Source of the DNA: Eledone cirrhosa
Taxonomy: Eukaryota
NCBI GenBank assembly: GCA_964016885.1
Contig: OZ024741.1
Coordinates: forward strand, 336,908,001-336,972,000
Direction: 5' to 3'
Length of the DNA: 64,000 bases
The notes below the pieces were generated by a model. That model saw only the letters and a program-made list of their open reading frames with translations. It made no database searches and was not told the DNA's origin. Position numbers and translations under genes: made by a program. This document shows, one piece after another, positions 52,628 to 64,000 of the stretch. Positions within the stretch are counted from its first letter, which is position 1. Each line of letters opens with the position of its first letter.

Positions 52628-53059
52628 TTTCAAATTCTGCTGAGGTTATCCGTGCCTTTCATGCTTACAGGATCGATAAAATAAAGTACTAGTCATACAC
52701 TGGGGTCGATTCAATCGACTTTCCCCTTCCCAAAAATTGTTGGCTTTGTACCTAAATCAGAAACCATTTTTATTATTATTATTAGTAGTAGCAGCAGTAC
52801 TAGTATTATTGCAATTCTCATGTAGTTTTATATGAGGAAACCATTGTTCGTCAATAAATTCCATCTTAGTTATTGCTTCTGTAAGACGTTGAAGAACTCC
52901 TCCTTCATTGGTCGGTCGGCTGGTTGTTCGATGTGTATGCTTCTTTCCCAACAAAAATTACTTTAAGTTGAGTTTTTAAAGTATTATTTCACTTCCTAGC
53001 TGCAGGTTGCAGTTGCAAAGATATTGATGCATATCTCCCACAACTCTTCCTTGTTCCTC

Positions 53060-53401
53060 AATATGATTGGTAAGCAGCTAGCTATTGGCTGCTTAGAATA
53101 CATGACACCTAGGTCTATAATATTTTATTTGTAACTGTTTGCCATCTCCCATCCACCTTCTCATCTCTCTCCCCCCTTCTCTCTCTCTCTCTACTCCCCC
53201 ACCTCTATCTATCAATCCATCTATTGATTAATCTGTCACATTCTCTCTCTCTCTCTCTCTCACACACACATATTCCCCTCTCCAAACACAGATCAAAGGG
53301 CTTTAGTACTACTAGTACCACCTATTAGAGCAGTAACGACACAACATTAATGTGTAAGATCTACCTACAATTAACGCAAGGGAATTTTCTCATTAAAAAA
53401 A
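53060..53401 (+). promoter_or_regulatory. Candidate promoter and non-coding first exon of the protocadherin
   Basis: Two ATTGG boxes (53066, 53084), (CT)n tracts, a unique segment and a donor-like AA|gtgagt at 53402. Confidence 0.3.
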
Positions 53402-54104
53402 GTGAGTAAACGCATAGTCCTTCACCTCATTTCTTAAGTAAGCACTTTATCAAAATTGTGAATATTCTTTTAAAAATATATAAATATAAAAAATAATATT
53501 TTACTTTGAAAAACTAAACAAATTATCCAAGGGTTATGCAAATAATGGAAAGAAAAACATTCCAATATATATTTATGTACTGTAAAAGAAAACTGTGTTA
53601 TCAAATTGTCATATGTCTGGTAAAAAATATTTTGTCCCCTGCATTTTTAGTTGAATTCATATGCTTTTATTTTTATTTAAAAAAGAATTATAATTTCATT
53701 TTTTTTTTTTTTTTTTTTTTTGTATTTTGAAAAAAAAAAATGTTAACTGCTGGTTAGATAAGATTTCATGATCTGTTATATATTTTGTTAGTTTGTAACT
53801 TCTCGAAAAAGAATTCATATTCAATTAGGTATATCTTCCTACAGTTTTGATATCAAAACCACAGATAACATAACTTCACCTCTACTAATGTACTAATGTC
53901 TGTGTAAATTAATCTATACTCATATTTCCATTTGACCAATCTGCGTGTATGTATGTGTGTATATATATATATACATAGTCTATATATTATATTATATATA
54001 TATATATACACATATATACAGACAAACAATATATATATATATAAACATATATATATACAGACAACCAATATATATATATATATATTACATAAACATATGT
54101 ATGT

Positions 54105-54148
<44 letters not shown>

Positions 54149-55176
54149 CTAAAACAAGCCACTCCTTTATTACCATTTCATGACTTGATCTTTCCTTCCT
54201 TGTATTTTTAAAAGTATTTTTATCTGTTTTAATCAAAGTTTATGAGGTTTGTCTATCTTTGAAACTAATATACCAATTTTATACACTTTTTAACATTGTT
54301 GAAGGATGTAAACATTGTTTAGCTGATATTGTGTAGTGTATTAGAAACTCTTAGAACTCTAGGTGTTGGAAAATGGTTAAAAAAACAACAAACAAACAAA
54401 GAAACAAAACAAGCAAAAGTTTAATGTTATTGAGAATCCCACCATAAAATAATTACTCTTATTTTCAATAATCTGCTAAGATTATTAAAGCTATGATGTA
54501 TTAAAAAAAAAAAAAGGAAAGAATGTAATATCTATTTTTAATATAATTGCTATGTGAACTCGTAAATGAAACCTGTCCACAGATTATTAATGTAAATCTT
54601 TTTTCAATTTCTGATCGTGAAGAACAATCCTGTATAAAAGATACTAAGTCAATTAAAAAAAGAGAGAAAAAGCAAAAAAAGCAAAAAAACAAAAACAAAA
54701 TCAAACAAAAACCAATACAAACAAACACAAAAAAAAAAAATCGGTAACATAAAACCATGTGGAGTTAACTGCTGTTTAAGACAAAAAATTACATAAAGAA
54801 TATTAAATTCAATTTTATCAATTCTGTCCAATAAAAAGTAAAATGGAAAATTTTAAGAAATTAAAAAAAAAATGTAAAGCAATAAAAAAAAAGAAATGTT
54901 TGTTTTCTTAGTATTTTTGCCAGTTATTTCTCTCTTCCAGCAAACATGAAATTACCAGTGGAACACTGCGAAAATAATCGGTATCACCAAAGTCAAAAAT
55001 AATACCAATCCAATTAGAGAATCAAACAACTATTATCCTCACACACACACATATATATATACATACACACACATATATATACACACATACACTTGAAAAG
55101 GCTCACTGAACACACAAGCTGAAACTGCTTGGCTCCGCAGTTGGGATTTTACCTATCTATCTATACGCATTTGCAA

Positions 55177-55210
<34 letters not shown>

Positions 55211-55566
55211 GCTGGCATGGATTTACTGTCATGCACGACAGGTAGTGGGGGGCCACATCTGACTTATATAGGTTCTCATTTTGGTATGGTTTCTATGGCT
55301 GGATGGGTTCCATCTTGCCTATCATTAACTTCGCTTCCTTGCAATTTTATCAACTGGAAAACATAAATATATTCTGTATTCTTCTATTAACTCAGTAATT
55401 AGTTATTGGTATTATTTACATTTATTGTGATAATTTCCTCTCATTTGTAGCATGATAAGTAATACTAGTGTTACTAGTCTAACACTGCCACTAGTAATAC
55501 TAGTGACTCAGTAAAAAGGAAAAAAACTTAGGTTAGTGTGTAACTAAGGTTCATTTATTGATCTAG

Positions 55567-55850
55567 TTTGTCAATATTTGAACATCTTAAATTCAAGAAT
55601 CTGAACATCTTAGTTTACCCTGCTTTCTTTAGTTTGCCTTGTTTTGCCTAATATTTAAATATTTTGAATTCAGAAATCAGTGTAGCCTAGTTAAAATTGT
55701 TTACCCTATTTTGGCAATATGTAAATATCTTAAATTCAGGAATCTGAAGGGCATAGTTGAAATTATGTTTGCCCTATTTTGTCAATATTTAAATATCTTA
55801 AATCCAAGAATCAGAAGGACATAGTTGAAATTATGTTTGCCCTGTTTTGT
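55567..55850 (+). repeat. Degenerate ~68-bp tandem repeat overlapping the protocadherin start codon
   Basis: catagttgaaattATGtttgccct with ATG at 55765 and 55833; more decayed units further upstream. Confidence 0.8.
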
Positions 55851-58232
55851 ATGATATTGTTTTATTTATATAGTTATTGCTTGAGTGTAGATTTTACATA
55901 TCACATTAAGGAGGGTAATATGCCAATGTCATATGTCGGAGATATTGCAGTGGACACTCATATGATACAGAAGATTAAATTTGAGGAACAACATTTAATT
56001 AGGTTTACTCAACTACAAAAAGACAAAGAAAATGCTTCCCAGTTGTTTAATATTTCAAAAGAAGGGAAATTCTACGTAATCCAAACTCTAGATGCAGAAA
56101 AAATTTGTAAATATAAAAAGAAATGCTTCAGAATTGTAGATGTTGCTATGCAGAAGAGGGAAATATTTGTTCAAATTTTAGAGATAAAAGTGGTTGTAGA
56201 AGACATCAACGACCATGAACCTGTTTTTCCAGTGAAGCAGATAACTCTTAAGTTTTCTGAGGGGGATAAAAGGGGAACTACTTTATCAATTCCAAATGCC
56301 ATTGACGAAGACATTAGTGAAGAAAATTCAAAGATAGTATATGAGCTATTGACTAAAAATAATAACGGTCCTTTTATAATGGTGGTTTCTGAAAGAGTAG
56401 ATGGTTCATATTCCGTTGGAATAACTTTAGAAAAAGAATTAGATAGAGAAATGAAAGATCATTATTATTTCGAAGTAATTGCTAAAGATGGAGGAAAGCC
56501 ATCTAAACATGGAATCTTGAAAGTTTATATATCTGTTTTAGACATTAATGATAACTTGCCATTTTTTTCTCAAAGTGCTTATAATATTTCAATAAATAAT
56601 AGATATGACGTAAAGAAAGTATTAATAGATTTAGATGCTAATGATCTTGACGCTGGTAAAAATGGTAGAGTCTCCTACCATTTTAGCTCAAAAACTTCAG
56701 AAATAACAAAACTACAATTTCGATTGAATGAAATAACTGGAGAAATATTTCTCTGTGAAGATTTCCCTTTTGAGAAACGTCAGACATATGAATTGTATGT
56801 GGAAGCCACTGATGGAGGAAATCCTCCTCTCATTTCTATTACTATGGTACTTGTCAATGTTGTCAACCAACAGAATAATGCTCCCATTATTGACATGAAT
56901 TTTGTTTCTAAATCATCCAACAATATGGCTACCATATCAGAAAATACAAAGATTGGTAGTTTTATTGCATACTTAAAAATTTCTGATAATGATACAGGAC
57001 AAAATGGAAAAGTGACTTGCTATCTGCATCATGATATATTCAAACTTCAAAATCTAGGTGAGAAAAAATACAAAGTAGTTCTGAAAAGTCTTGTTGATAA
57101 GGAAAAGGAAAGCCTTATCACTTTTAAAGTAATTTGTGAAGACAGAGGTTTTCCACGCTTGAGAACAGAAAAACAGTTCTCTGTTTTAGTAACTGATATT
57201 AATGATGTAATACCACAGTTTAACAAGGAAACCTACAAATTTTTGACCTATGAGAATGAAGGGTCCAATTTTCCAATTGGATTTGTCAATGCTACTGACC
57301 CAGATATGGGATTAGGTGGGCACTTGACATTTTCTTTACTTTCTAAGAACAATGTTGCTCTTCCTTTCCAAATAACAAACTATGGATTTATATCAACAAC
57401 AAAATCACTTGACCGTGAACGCAAAGATATATATATCTTTCAGGTCTTAGTTAAAGACAGTGGAACTCCATCACTAAATAATACTGTTGATGTAATTGTT
57501 GAAGTCATGGATAAAAATGACAATGCTCCATATTTTACTTTCCCTAGTGTTAACCCTTTTAGCCTGGATGTCTTTTTCCAATCCCAAAATAACAATGATA
57601 TAACTAAATTGAAAGCTTATGACATAGACAGTAGAGAGAATTCTTTTCTTAGGTATGAAATATTAGATGGGAATAAAAAGGAATTATTTACAATTAATTC
57701 TTACACAGGGATATTATCTTTTTCTCGAAATGTTTACCAAAGCGAGGCAGGAGTATATAATCTCTTGTTTGTTGTCAAAGACAATGGAATTCCAATTCTT
57801 TCTACAACCACCTCTCTGTCCTTAAATCTGGTTGCTAGCAATAATACATTTCCCTTGTTAACAATACCAATCAATGAGTTAGATTTCAAAATACAAATGA
57901 ATTTATTTCTTGTGATCATAGCAGCAGCAGTATCGGGCTCTATCATTATGGTCATTTCAATAACAATATGTGTTGTAAAGAAGTCCAACCAGAGAATGTC
58001 TTCTAAACAGAGAATCAATCCTTCAGACAGAATCTTCAGTATTGATAAGGAAATACAAAATACTCGTAAGCGAACACCTTATAATCCTCCACTACCTAGA
58101 GAAGAGACTCAGCAACATAATTTTCTTCAACAAGATAAAGAGAAAAACTTATCCAGTTATACTGCCACAATGAATGGGACAAACTTTAATAGCAGAGTTC
58201 CATACCAAGCAACTAGCAAGGAAATACACCAG
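55833..58232 (+). CDS. Pcdh: Protocadherin, large coding exon (signal peptide, 6 EC repeats, TM, start of cytoplasmic tail); continues in downstream exon(s)
   Basis: ORF track 55779-58259. First in-frame ATG at 55833 (MFALFCMILFYLYSYCLS, signal-like). Cadherin motifs TLDAEKIC..CF, DINDHEPVF, LDRE, DINDNLPFF, DINDVIPQF, DKNDNAPYF. Hydrophobic FLVIIAAAVSGSIIMVISITICVV. Phase-0 donor CAG|gtaaga after 58232 gives 800 codons. Family-level call only. Confidence 0.93.
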
Positions 58233-58884
58233 GTAAGATCTATATCTTCATTTTTTTAGTTTTGTTTTTATGATTCAAATTGTTATTAATTGTATAAACT
58301 GTACTATTGTATAAGTTGCAACTTATCTACTAGCCTTACAAAGCTTCAAATAAAAATTTATGGCCCATAGCACATAATAAATGTTGTATGAAAAAGGTGG
58401 TGTGAGTTGTAAAATCTATTCTGCTAGTTCTCAGGTTAGCCTTTGTTGATGGCAATGTTACTCCATTCTTTAAAGATTGTAGAGTATAGAGATTATTTAA
58501 TATAGTTCCATCTCTCAAGACAGCATTGGTCAACCTGAGGCTATGACAGAAGACAATTACTCAAGGTGCCAAGCAGTGGGGCTGAACCCAGAACCACATG
58601 GTTTTGAAACAAACTCCTTAACTCCACAACCATGCCTGGACCTGGCACTCTGTTTCACAATCGTTCACTACCTATTGTTGTAGGGGCAGTGATAAAGCAG
58701 CTAATATATTGTTTTTTTTAATGATATTGGACACATACAAAGATCAATCAGTACAGTTGGATATCTGGGAGCCATACTACCATGAAGAGTGTTATAATTA
58801 ATTAATTTATTAATTTATGTAAATATTTGTGAGGGAGTATGTATTTATTTTGTTTCTGTTTGTGATGATATGTATATCATTGAT

Positions 58885-59118
58885 ATCATCATCATCGTTT
58901 TCGTGTCTACTTTTTCATGCTTGCATGGGTTGGTTGTTTCCAGCACAGCTTCCTTCCACCTACTAATTTCCTTTGTCATCTCTTTTGTCAGGTTCAGCAT
59001 TTTGGGATCTGTTCTCACCTTCTCTGCACAAATCTTCCTTGGCTTTCCTCTACTACATTTTCCTTCCATGACACTTCATCCAACAATCATCATCCATACA
59101 CTTCACATGTCCATATCA
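58885..59118 (-). mobile_element. Old RTE 3' fragment in the protocadherin intron
   Basis: EGKCSRGKPRKICAE...WKEAVLE resembles the RTE C-terminus; (GAT)n tail. Confidence 0.7.
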
Positions 59119-59372
59119 GTGCACTACTTTTGATAGAAATATGTTGCAATTTGTAAACATTTCCATTGTAAACAATATTAAGGTGTGTATGTGTAAGAGT
59201 GGGACATGTGTAGCTAATTAAATAAACACATCAAAAGCTGGTATTGCATTTTTATGTTGACATCTTCATGGCCCTGTCACATACATGTGCACACACACCT
59301 GAAGAAAGCTTGTGGTAGGTACAAAGGCTAATAAATTGTGACTATAATTACCAAGATAAAGACCTTAGTTCA

Positions 59373-59972
59373 ATAATAATTGTTTCTACTTTTGGCACAA
59401 GGCCTGCAACTATCCAGTGCATTACTGGTACTTTATTTTATCGACCCCGTAAGGATGAAAGGCAAAGTTAACCTAGGCGGGATTTGAACTCAGAATGGCA
59501 AGGGCCGTAACTCTATGCGTCAAAGCATGGAGTCCGACTCTCTACCGATACTGCCAATCCCGCCTTTTCTTGTATAATATCAAGATCAATGTATAATAAT
59601 GATTTCTAATTTAGACAAAGCCAGTAATTTGGGATAGGGAATAGTTGATTATATATACCCCAGTTCGTTACTGGTACTTTATTTCATAAACTTCAAAAGG
59701 AGGAAAGGCAAATCTAACCTCAGCGGGATTTGAACTCAAAACATAAAGGAATGTAACTATATGCTGAGATGAGTGTATAATAATTGTTTCTACTTTTGGC
59801 ACAAGGCCAGCAATTATCCCAGTGTATTACTGGTATTTTATTTTATCGACCCCATAAGGATGAAAGGCAAAGTTAACCGGGGCGGGATTTGAACTCAGAC
59901 CATAAAGGGCCGTAACTCTTTGCTGCAAAGCATGGCGTCCGACCCTCTACCGATACTGCCAATCCACCGCCT
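59373..59972 (-). mobile_element. Three tandem SINE family A copies in the protocadherin intron
   Basis: Reverse complements align to family A; spacer gatcagtgtataataat is repeated. Confidence 0.82.
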
Positions 59973-61059
59973 TGAGATCAGTGTATAATAATGATAATTC
60001 TTCATCTCAGAAATCCAGAAAATTTCAGAATACCACCCTTTAATTTAGTTATCCAAATTCAATATATATATGTATATGTATGTATGTGTATATGTATATA
60101 TATATGTATATGTGTATGTGTATATATATGTATATATATGTATGTGTATTACACTAAAGTATTTATGATAAAAATGGAATATGCACAAATAAAAAGCTTT
60201 ATCATTTCATGACAGTAAAAATGGTAGCAAAGTAATGCGGGAATAAAACTAGGTGACAAGGGAGGTAACGAATTACTACTACTATTACTACTACTACTTC
60301 TACTACTACTGCTACTACTACTACTACTACTACTACTAATAATAATAATAATAATAAATCAATATTTATTATCACTTTTCTTAAGCTTTCAGAGGGCAGA
60401 AGATTCGTAGAATTATTAAAGCATTGAACAACACGATTTACAGTGATTAGTTATGGCCCTTTACATTCTAAGTTCAAATCTTACCGAGGTCCACTTTGCC
60501 CTTCATCTCTCTGGAGTTGATACAATAAAGTACCAGTCATGTACTGGGCATGATAAAGTCATTATTAACAAAGTTTCACTGGTGGTTGTAGGACCATGCA
60601 ATACACAAGCCATAGATTGGTTTTTAAAAATCTCACTAAGTTTCTCAGGAAACTCGACATTCCCATTACAGTTGACACCCATCTAAATCCAGTATGCTTC
60701 ATGGGTCTCTCCTAGAATTAAACAATTCTATATATGTTATCTACAAAAGGACCAATGAAATTCTGATATCATTATTATCATCGTTATCATCACTGTTTAA
60801 TGTCATATTCTGAGGATAGACCAGTTTCATTGTGGCTTGGTTTCTATGGTTTGAAGCCCTTTCTAATACAACATAAAACCACTTTACAACATATACTGGG
60901 AATATTTTATTGTGACCCAGCACTACCGCCTTACAGGGTGAGCTCAGTGCTTTTTGTCGTAGTACCCACACTACATCATAATCATCATAATCATCATGCA
61001 TGCCTTGTTCTGTCTTTTGTTTATTTTCATGTCATTAATAACTAACTTCTGCTAGGCAG

Positions 61060-61450
61060 TGCATTCTTCCCAAGGGAAAGCTTTAGTATTTATTACAGTC
61101 TGTTTGTCTTGTTGTCTAACAAGTAAGTAATCAATTTGTCTTGTGTGCTCACCAGATTGATTTGAAATCAGGTGTTTGGCTGATTTCAAATGGTCTCTTT
61201 TGTCAATACCTGAAGTTAGTTATCTGCAAAAATTCCTCATTGAACCTGTCCTTTTGTTCTTTATCCAGTCCTTATCCTAACTACCTCTATCACCTTATCT
61301 ATCCCTTCCTCAGCTAGTAAGATGCCTACACCTCTTCCCCCATTGTCATTTCCTACCCAGTAGAGTTTATATCTAAGTTGCTTGCCCATGCTGGGGCACC
61401 TCTCCATCTCACTTCTTGTACACAGCATACATCTAATCCTCTTCTCTTTA
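61060..61450 (-). mobile_element. Decayed RTE apurinic-type endonuclease fragment
   Basis: Manual minus-strand translation gives YKLYWVGNDNG, GLDKEQKDRFNEEFLQ and SGEHTRQIDYLLVRQQD. Confidence 0.65.
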
Positions 61451-61869
61451 ATTGTTCCACAATTTCACCTGATTTACCTTTTAGGGTACCAATACTGAGG
61501 GTGGCAGCCCTAAGATTTATACCTTGATACCACCTTATTAAATGGACTGTGTGCTTTTTTTGTCATGTCACCAGCACTACCACCTTACAGGGGGGACTGT
61601 GTGCTTACAGGATGGACTGATGCAAATTTAGAAATCTTCCAATGGCCAAATAATTTAGGCATGAAAATTTGGTAAGGCATTTCCCCAACCAAAAATATCA
61701 TCAACTATTAGTACCAGTAATGCACTGGGTAATTGCTGGCCTTGTGTCAAAAAGTAGAAACAATTATATAAATTTCCTACTATTTAGCCTAAAATATTGC
61801 TGAACCAATTTCTATCCAAAATATTCTAAAGTTAAAATCCCAGATCCTCCTTAAGTACAACTGTCTAAA

Positions 61870-62147
61870 ATCTGTCTCAAGTCCAGGTGCTCATCAGACC
61901 AGTGCTTGTCCCTGTCTCTGTGGCATGAAGTGACTGAGAGTACAAGACTCCCACCTGCGCAGGGTGCCAGTCCATCACAGAGCTAAATCCCCAGCTACTA
62001 CTGGTAGACATTTTTTGCTGAGTATATTGGTGCAATGTGAAATGAAGTGTTTTGCTCAAGAACACAACACACAACCCAATCAAGGAATTAAATCCACAAC
62101 ATTATGATTGCAAGTCCTACACCCTTACCATAGGTCACACACCTTCA
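61870..62147 (-). mobile_element. SINE family B
   Basis: Reverse complement aligns to 23053-23337. Confidence 0.78.
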
Positions 62148-63325
62148 CAAGTATAACTGTGCAGATACTAATGTATGTCCACTCAAGTAAAAGAAGTTCT
62201 CACTAGTGCCTCAGTAATACAATCTTATGCCCCCCCCCCCTCCCCCCTCCACATATATATAGGCTTAACAGTTAATTCATTCAAACAATAACATTACAAA
62301 ATTCATATAGTTAACATGTCCTCATTCTGTTGCAAAAACAGCAAATTTTCAATCAACAAATCACATGTCTCATCCTTAAAAGTTCCTCAACATCCTCTTA
62401 TATTGTTTGAAAAACTACTATTTGCCAGGCAATACAGCAACAATAATGGTTTCTGATTTAGGCAACAATTTTTGGGGAAGGGAAAGTCAATTAAATCTAC
62501 CCTAGTGCATTACTGGTACTTTACAGCCATAATAATAAGCCATGCCAACTCCTGAATCATATGAATTGCTTCTCTCTAAACTAAATTTACTCAGCAAATA
62601 CTCCAACTTTATCTTTATGAGCTGCCATCAAACCTTCTAATCCTGACCTATTTTAGACCTAACAATTTCTCAATCGAGTTACACCTTCTTCCAATACTTT
62701 TACATTTACCCACAAACAATGCCAATAAGAACCCACACACCATATTTTTGTTCCTTCTTTTTTCTTTATCTATATAGAAGAATATTAATTCATTGATATC
62801 TGTTTTTCTTTTACCCTCGTATCTGTCTATATATATGTTTGTAAACAAACATATTTGTAGAAGCATAAAATGACTTTATATATTACAATGTACACATCTG
62901 TGAGAAAATCTTAACCACACACAAGAACACTAATGTTTACATTTATTTTGAAGAAAATAAGAAGTTCTCTAGTGTAAGGACGAAAACTCTAAATGCTTCT
63001 TCTGTCATTTATCTTCATTTTCACTTTGGAAAACGATGTTCATGTTTGTGAATTTTATCGATTTTTTTGCAGTCTTTTTCTCAATATTTTTCTTAATATT
63101 TTTCTTTAAAAAAGTGGCTGCTAAGCATTCTATCAAAGACGATGTATAACGATGATTTAATCAATGAATTAACACAAGTTATAAGAATATTTTGCTTTCG
63201 GAGATGTTTTTAATGTTACTTAATATTATCATGTAATCAATTAACAGTTGTGGATACACAACATTATTTTTAGAACAAAAGACTACCTCACATTTAAAAA
63301 CAAAATTTATCCTGCAACACTATCA

Positions 63326-63494
63326 CTGTGTATACTCGAGTATAAGTTAACTCCTAATGTATGTCTGAGAAATAAGCGAAAATCTAAACCCCATTTATAA
63401 ACCGAGACAGCTAATCAACATATATAAGCCAACCTCCCATTTTACTATTGAATTTTGGTCGCATATTCCTTGGCTTATATTCAAGTATATATGT
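63326..63494. mobile_element. Tc2/pogo-like MITE, same family as 5981
   Basis: ctgtgtatactcgagtataag ... ggcttatattcaagtatatatg. Confidence 0.6.
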
Positions 63495-64000
63495 TGATCT
63501 GCCAGTAAAGATATGATAAACATTTGAATAAATAAACACATATTTAGAATAGACAAATCTATTTATAATTAGTGTTGGGGTTGATCAAAGAACAGAGGCA
63601 AGAATAGTTTATATAAGTTATTCTGCCCTTGTGATGATGAAAATGTTTCTTCAATTTTTGTTATAATGAATGTGAACTTTTTGAACTTTTCATCCAACTC
63701 ATAATAAAATGTCAAATATCTTGAGAATTATTCACTTTGATGAATACAGGGACATAACTAGGGAAAATAGTGTCTATGGCAAGTAATGAAATTGCATCCC
63801 TGCCCAAACGATCCCAGCACTGTATTTGTACTTATCGGCCTTGTAATAATTTATATAAATGGTTTAATAATCCAGCTCCCATAGTGTTTATCAACTATGA
63901 TAACCAAAGAGAGATCATACATATGAAGTTTATTTTTTCTCTCTTTGATGTTAGCGTATCTACCTTTAATAGAAAGTGCCCCTTATCCAAGTGGTGCCTA

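Noticed and set aside
55567-55850. Repeat-spacer-like pattern resembling a CRISPR array (also 35675-35815)
   Set aside because: Eukaryotic context, whole units are homologous with no unique spacers, and there are no cas genes.
58233-58259. ORF-track C-terminus VRSISSFF as the true end of the protocadherin
   Set aside because: It begins at a consensus donor (CAG|gtaaga) and is most likely intron read-through. An unspliced isoform cannot be excluded.
59295-59345. CTGAAGA plus a hairpin in the protocadherin intron as a hammerhead
   Set aside because: GAAA is missing and no stem I or III partner was found.

Overview
Very AT-rich, microsatellite-laden animal genomic DNA, most consistent with an octopod cephalopod (inferred from the protocadherin type and the repeat families). 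The only clear host gene is a protocadherin: one 2.4-kb + strand coding exon (ATG 55833 to a phase-0 donor at 58232) encoding a signal peptide, six cadherin repeats, a TM helix and part of the cytoplasmic tail. An orphan 39-nt phase-0 microexon (36611-36649) and candidate 5' exons lie upstream. The rest is mostly repeats: a nest of minus-strand RTE-clade LINE copies at 10.8-19 kb (one with an uninterrupted RT fragment carrying a PHD-type zinc finger), two tRNA-derived SINE families, TTAA-flanked and Tc2-like MITEs, non-autonomous Helitrons and minisatellites. The most notable unannotated signal is a set of short, mostly fold-back elements embedded in (TA)n tracts that carry type I hammerhead ribozyme motifs (9058-9300, 42447-42548, 10079-10156, with partial copies at 644-959 and 49319-49357). 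Most share a downstream GTATTGAGTAC-like motif, and they probably derive from Penelope-like element pLTRs. Nearly all short ORFs in the supplied track are microsatellite artefacts. All alignments and folds were done by eye, and repeat boundaries are approximate unless stated.
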